A stretch of DNA of 64,000 nt, taken from contig OZ244042.1 of assembly GCA_965215015.1 (NCBI GenBank), positions 1,920,001 through 1,984,000 of the forward strand. The letters run 5' to 3'. This DNA comes from Candidatus Poribacteria bacterium. GTDB taxonomy: Bacteria; Poribacteria; WGA-4E; PCPOR2b. This document shows positions 60,301-64,000 of the stretch, piece by piece (the first letter of the stretch is position 1; every line of letters begins with the position of its first letter). A model generated the notes under the pieces. That model worked only from the letters and a program-made list of their open reading frames with translations, did no database searches and was not told the DNA's origin. Made by a program: the position numbers and the translations under genes.

Positions 60301-61500
60301 TTTCCACCCCCCAGATTGCAGGTCAAATCGACTGAGCCCCATCGCCGTACCGATCCAAAGGACACCATCCTGTTCTGCAATCGATTTGATGTTATCGCTC
60401 ACTAAGCCTTCCGCCCTCTTGACGGTACTCCACAACCCCCGAATCTTATCAAATCGTGCTAGCCCATCCTCGTAAGTGCCGAACCAAACATACTTGCCAT
60501 CGACTGCTATCGTTGTGATATTTGACGATGGAAGTCCATCCTCCATTTTATAGTGAACCCATGTGTCAACAGGTTTAATGTATCTTTGAACACCCTCGTT
60601 TGCTGTGCCAATCCAGACATACAGACCATCAACCAAGATGTAATTAATCTTATCTGTTTCGAGTAGATCTGTGCGCGTATAGGTTTTTACAAATGTCTGC
60701 TCTGTGTTGCTGTATAAACTGACCCCGGCATTTTGTGTGCCGAACCAGATGAAATCCTCATCAACAGCGATAGTTGTAACATTGTCGTCCGCCAAACCCG
60801 CGCTTGTCGTCAACTGCGTCCACGAATCGATCTTCTTATCATATCTAGATACACCTTTATCGGTTGCAAACCAGACATATTCTTCCTCCACAGCGATAGC
60901 GGAAATCTGATTACTGGTCAAGCCACCATCGTCGGTGGTGCGAAGTGCCCAAACATCAATCGCTTTATTATATCGGCTCAATCCTTTATCTGTACCAAAC
61001 CAGATGTAGTGCCCATCTACACCGATGGCCATCACGCGATTGCTCGGCAGCCCGTCGTTACGGGTATAAGTTGTCCATCTATCGATTTCGGGTTGATATT
61101 TTGAAACGCCGGATTCTGTTCCAAACCACACGGTATCCGCATCTATCGCTACACTAGACACCTTGTTATTCGCCAATCCATCTTCCACAGTGTAGCTTAT
61201 CCACAAATTTTCGTGTTTGTTGAAACGATTAATCCCTTTGTCGGTTGCGACCCAGATGTGTTTGGTATCTGCTGCAATAGCGTTGACCTGATCGCTTAAA
61301 AGCGCGGTTGTTACCCAGGGCGTAGATTGATTCATCGCTTCTGATGTCTCATCAGGCGCAGTAAAGGTACATCCAATAAGAGATAGTAAAATAACACAAG
61401 CTGCCACTTTAATCAGCCAAGCCTCAGAGATAGGAAACGACCTGAACTGCATAGTATGGCCAAGTAGCCTTCCCCTATAAATTGCACCGAAACGGGTCAT
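57322..61500 (-). CDS. Multi-beta-propeller lipoprotein 1
   Basis: Lipobox LIGC; 29 blades counted by eye. Start uncertain (61500 or 61452). Confidence 0.86.
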   Translation of the reverse strand: MTRFGAIYRGRLLGHTMQFRSFPISEAWLIKVAACVILLSLIGCTFTAPDETSEAMNQSTPWVTTALLSDQVNAIAADTKHIWVATDKGINRFNKHENLWISYTVEDGLANNKVSSVAIDADTVWFGTESGVSKYQPEIDRWTTYTRNDGLPSNRVMAIGVDGHYIWFGTDKGLSRYNKAIDVWALRTTDDGGLTSNQISAIAVEEEYVWFATDKGVSRYDKKIDSWTQLTTSAGLADDNVTTIAVDEDFIWFGTQNAGVSLYSNTEQTFVKTYTRTDLLETDKINYILVDGLYVWIGTANEGVQRYIKPVDTWVHYKMEDGLPSSNITTIAVDGKYVWFGTYEDGLARFDKIRGLWSTVKRAEGLVSDNIKSIAEQDGVLWIGTAMGLSRFDLQSGGWKTYTKAQGLTTNYITRVVADDDKIWVGTSKGVGRYQNNRWKFWRRRHGLPSDFVLDVAVVDQVVWIGTRNGLCQYNQQNGKWHTFKELQGTWINAIAVDNNSLWLGTNRGLARLTDSQNSDLTNQRVTFHASRFTHHVNAIASEKNRLWVGTQQGLSIFDKREKRWHNFTRADGLPNNNVRTLAITQDALWVGTPGGLGVLPRNSWVSAVPGLDWRQFNLTQPGVAMGHENVRDICVVDDQIWLGTIGGLGVYSPEDNSWRAIRAKERTVILRHSSIQHTALDGDWVWFLAWGGTANGEIIRYDKRTGTWTHYMKEDVTEIYQSGSHQSERDSRQVGKAPLHPPPPNSQIPRGKFRYDKKRNDWQNLPLITQIDWMEVTDDSVWFATDGGVLAYYKNSDTWRHYTVKDGLAASKTTTLMVDGNDVWVVLRDNRICRYRRDRDKWETHQVVFKEVSPDMESYRTRLAADRRYVWVPAQMEGVARYDKQNETWKRYTAANGLLDATIGFVVVDNDDVWAYGWGEGLSKYDEHTDSWVIIDSSKGLVADRIREVISGIDYMWVLYNQSWWENDDTVPASGFHRANQTWQVFRGHPENVGNNFRDVQETTEFVWFGSREHGISRYDKAASSWTVFTEEDGLLNNRINYPTLKAEDNFLWLGGPNGISRYDMRKDSWTVYTGRRAVPAEVVHAIAVDSRYLYCGTDWGARRYDKQNDLWLEKRIVEEPVNDLVTDDKYLWIATAKGVTRFDKSAHWADQHEAENGLADTFVKVADVKGRTLWVGTEKGVSRYNTLSDDPNAWETFTRADDVDTMLLSQEYANSLVDNRVTSIAVGDRYVWVGTERGISRYDMKKEVWVTYTKRAGLYRNKVSSICIDGDWVWFGTEGGVSRLNTKTEEWRLFTPSDGLASDQITSIVANGDFVWFGSFDAGVSRYHKATTEWKHFTQKDGLSHNRVFALAIDGDSVWVGTERGLSRHDIVTDTWTIFTPHFDEEEDRR

Positions 61501-61594
61501 AGCGTGGATTCCCCACTTTTTTATCTTTATCCAATTCTTCACAAAACCACAAAACTATGAAAATTCCGAGAATGTCTTAACGGTGTTCTTCAAC

Positions 61595-62052
61595 TAGGGC
61601 GTGTTGACATTTGACAGCCCGTAGGTTGAAGACTCTCCGAACGGAGTTGGGTTGAACGGGAACCTGAAATCCAACTTTCAATCCAAAAGAAGCGGGAAAC
61701 AGTAGTAGGCACACTCTGTATGCCATACCCCCTTCCCCTGCTTGCGGATTGCGTCCTCCCTCCGCTAAACATCCTGTGGGTTGTCCATCAATTCCTGGCT
61801 CATTGAGCCTACCCCCCTCAATCCCCCCGCAAGCAGGGGGAAGAGATACCGTATGGGTATTTGGGACTTCTTTTCCCCTCCCTGCTAAATATCCGGTAGG
61901 TTGTTCGTCAGGTCCTGGCTCATTGAGCCTACCCCCCTCAATCCCCCCGCAAGCAGGGGGAAGAGATACCGTAGGGGTATTTGAGGGGTTAGGGGTGGGG
62001 TTCTTGGGTTCTTAGAGGGGGGTGCGGCACGACGGACTGTGCCTACTACTGG
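61595..62052. repeat. Repeat cluster: GGCGTGTTGACATTT end, REP hairpins and a ~120-bp tandem duplication with CCCCCGCAAGCAGGGGG units
   Basis: ~61757-61862 matches ~61876-61983; the TGTTGACATTT motif is shared with ~3485 and ~18391. Confidence 0.75.
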
Positions 62053-62173
62053 CAACTGACGTTATCATCATCCAATTTTTGGTCCTCAAGCCCTTGAAAC
62101 TCCCAAGCAGATCTTTTTAACAATGCTTTACGTGAATTTATGCTAAAATAATTAAATGCCTACTGATTTTGGA

Positions 62174-62202
62174 ATTATATCACAGGCACACAAAGCCTTC
62201 AA
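62174..62202 (-). promoter_or_regulatory. Putative promoter of the propeller operon
   Basis: Minus strand TTGAAG-N17-TATAAT with a TG extension. Confidence 0.5.
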
Positions 62203-62780
62203 GTGGAGTAAAGTAACCTTTCAGGGCAATCGCATATAAATGGTGCGTAGGACTTTGGCATACAACAATGTCAATCGACTCGCGAACACAGGTTTCCCAA
62301 CCTGCGATCGACCGCGGGTTAGAAAACCCCGATTTCATCGAGGGCAGGCACCGCGCCACGATAGGGGGGACCCCAGGAGCTAATCGATCAATTGTCTAAT
62401 TTCTATAACAGGTGCAATTCCCCTAAGTAACCTTTGCAAATTTCTATTAACGATTTTCTGGATGAAACTCCGAAGGAATCCAATTTCTTCAACATATTTT
62501 GATAAATCACAGACAATTCAGAGGTGTTCATAATTCAACCAAGAACCTGTGCAGACACCCATAGAGGCGTACCGTAGTAGCGCAATTCATTGCGCGTGGA
62601 ATGTCCCCGTGCAGACTCAGACACCTGTAGAGGCGTCCCCTCCGAATCGCGGCTGTTTCTGAAAATCTAGGGGAATCGTGGCGGGTTGCTTTGAATCCCA
62701 ATCTTATCGGGGGTGGTCACTCAATCGGCAAAACCGTAAACACCCAACCAAAAACGTTCAAACCATCAGGAAAGTTCACA

Positions 62781-64000
62781 ATGATTCAAGTAGGATTCGG
62801 TCAACGTGTCGTTACACCAGAAATTGGTGCAGAAATGCCCGGAGGTATTAACAAACACTTTTCTCAAAACGTGCATGATGACCTCCTGGTAAATGCAATG
62901 GTAATCGACGATGGTGATATACAGCTGGTCCTAGCAGGGCTTGATGCACTATCAATTAAACGCTCCATAACACTAAATGCACGACAAAAAATTGCAGATG
63001 CTACCGGCATTCCCACCGACAATGTGTTGATCGCAGCAAGCCACACACACAACGGCGGCCCCATCGCAGATGTCTTCATGAGCGAGGCGGATGCGGCTTA
63101 CTGCGACTTTGTTGCTGTGCAGATTGCACAGGCAGCAATCGAGGGATACGAAAAACGCGAGCCCGCGACCTTAGTCATCGGTGCAGGACATGAGGGAAGT
63201 GTTGCTTTCAACCGACGTTTTCGCATGAAAGATGGCTCAGAGCGGACTCACCCAGGAGCGGGCAACCCCGATATCGTTCAAGTCGCAGGACCCATTGACC
63301 CAATGGTCGGGGTTATCGGTGCTATCAATCAATCGTGCAAATTTCTTGGATGCTGGGTCAACTACTGTTGCCATGCCACCCTGGGTGTCGGCGGAGATGG
63401 ATTTTCCGCCGACTACATCTACTATTTGAGAAAAACCGTTCAGCAGGTGATGAAAGCTGACCGTGCCATCATCGTCTTTGGAAATGGCGCATCAGGCGAT
63501 GTTACGCAAGTCGATAATCTCAGAGATCGAGGAAAGCAGTCTGGTGAACACTGGGGTTGGCATGTCGGGACAACGGTTGGTGCGGAGGTCGCCAAGGTGT
63601 TGGCACGAATGGATTATACAGATGAGGTTACGTTGGCGTGCACAACCGAAACGCTTGAACTTCCCTTACGCGACCTCGGTGATACGTCGCTCAACCAAGC
63701 ACAGTCTTGGGGAGATCAAGCCGTTTGGGCAAGGGAACTCGAATTGCTCAAAGAGATCAAGAAAACTGAACCGAAGGTTACGGCAGAGGTTCAAATGATG
63801 CGGATTGGGGCATCGGGACTAATCGCTGTGCCTGCGGAATACTTCTGTCAGTATGGGCTAGATATTCAGCGGGATTCCCCCTTCGATCCGACGTTTGTCG
63901 TTTCCCTCGCTAACGGTTGTGTGGGATATGTCCCAACACCACAGGCATTTGTCGGCGGGGGTTATGAACCTCGCACAGCACGCTCCAGTAAGCTGTGTCC
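62781..64000 (+). CDS. Neutral/alkaline ceramidase-like hydrolase, truncated by the window end (not in the ORF track)
   Basis: ATG 62781 reads MIQVGFGQRVVTPEIGAEMPGG..VHDDLLVNAMVIDDG...NVLIAASHTHNGGP...FNRR...NYCCHAT...SADY...VPAEYF...SLANGCVGYVPT...GGYE, open to the end. Confidence 0.82.
   Translation, partial: MIQVGFGQRVVTPEIGAEMPGGINKHFSQNVHDDLLVNAMVIDDGDIQLVLAGLDALSIKRSITLNARQKIADATGIPTDNVLIAASHTHNGGPIADVFMSEADAAYCDFVAVQIAQAAIEGYEKREPATLVIGAGHEGSVAFNRRFRMKDGSERTHPGAGNPDIVQVAGPIDPMVGVIGAINQSCKFLGCWVNYCCHATLGVGGDGFSADYIYYLRKTVQQVMKADRAIIVFGNGASGDVTQVDNLRDRGKQSGEHWGWHVGTTVGAEVAKVLARMDYTDEVTLACTTETLELPLRDLGDTSLNQAQSWGDQAVWARELELLKEIKKTEPKVTAEVQMMRIGASGLIAVPAEYFCQYGLDIQRDSPFDPTFVVSLANGCVGYVPTPQAFVGGGYEPRTARSSKLC

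Noticed and set aside
48862-61500. Hybrid two-component sensor kinases
   Set aside because: Same blade repeat, but no Y_Y_Y, transmembrane, kinase, receiver or AraC domain.

Overview
A 64 kb bacterial chromosomal window, mostly housekeeping and cell-envelope genes. The gene style (LRR/cohesin/dockerin/FlgD-type secreted proteins, many HEAT/TPR proteins, repeat-filled intergenic DNA) suggests Candidatus Poribacteria; this is inference only. In order: rpiA, an orphan HAMP histidine kinase between two copies of a MITE-like element, and a 1.4k-aa diheme-LRR-cohesin-dockerin-CTD protein. Next come a pyruvate-node cluster (pyk, ABC half-transporter, E2 without a subunit-binding domain, HEAT protein, 2-oxoacid:ferredoxin oxidoreductase) and a minus-strand block: tRNA-Gly, zinc ribbon, TPR protein, mutS2, dnaG, rpoD, tRNA-Ile2, tRNA-Val. 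Then two sugar oxidoreductases, a Ski2-like helicase, a GNAT, HEAT and PDZ-HEAT lipoproteins, a metallophosphoesterase, a giant C25 peptidase (PorU-like) with a PorV-like barrel, and a DUF4159 protein. The window ends with a ~14.7 kb operon of three colinear ~29-blade beta-propeller lipoproteins plus an outer-membrane barrel, and a truncated ceramidase-like hydrolase. The best candidates for undescribed biology are the triple propeller-lipoprotein/barrel operon, a T9SS-like PorU/PorV module with a CTD-bearing heme cargo, two promoter-preceded structured RNA candidates, and several nested MITE/REP families that sit next to promoters, in a stop codon and in protein loops. All domain calls come from motif recognition, not database searches.
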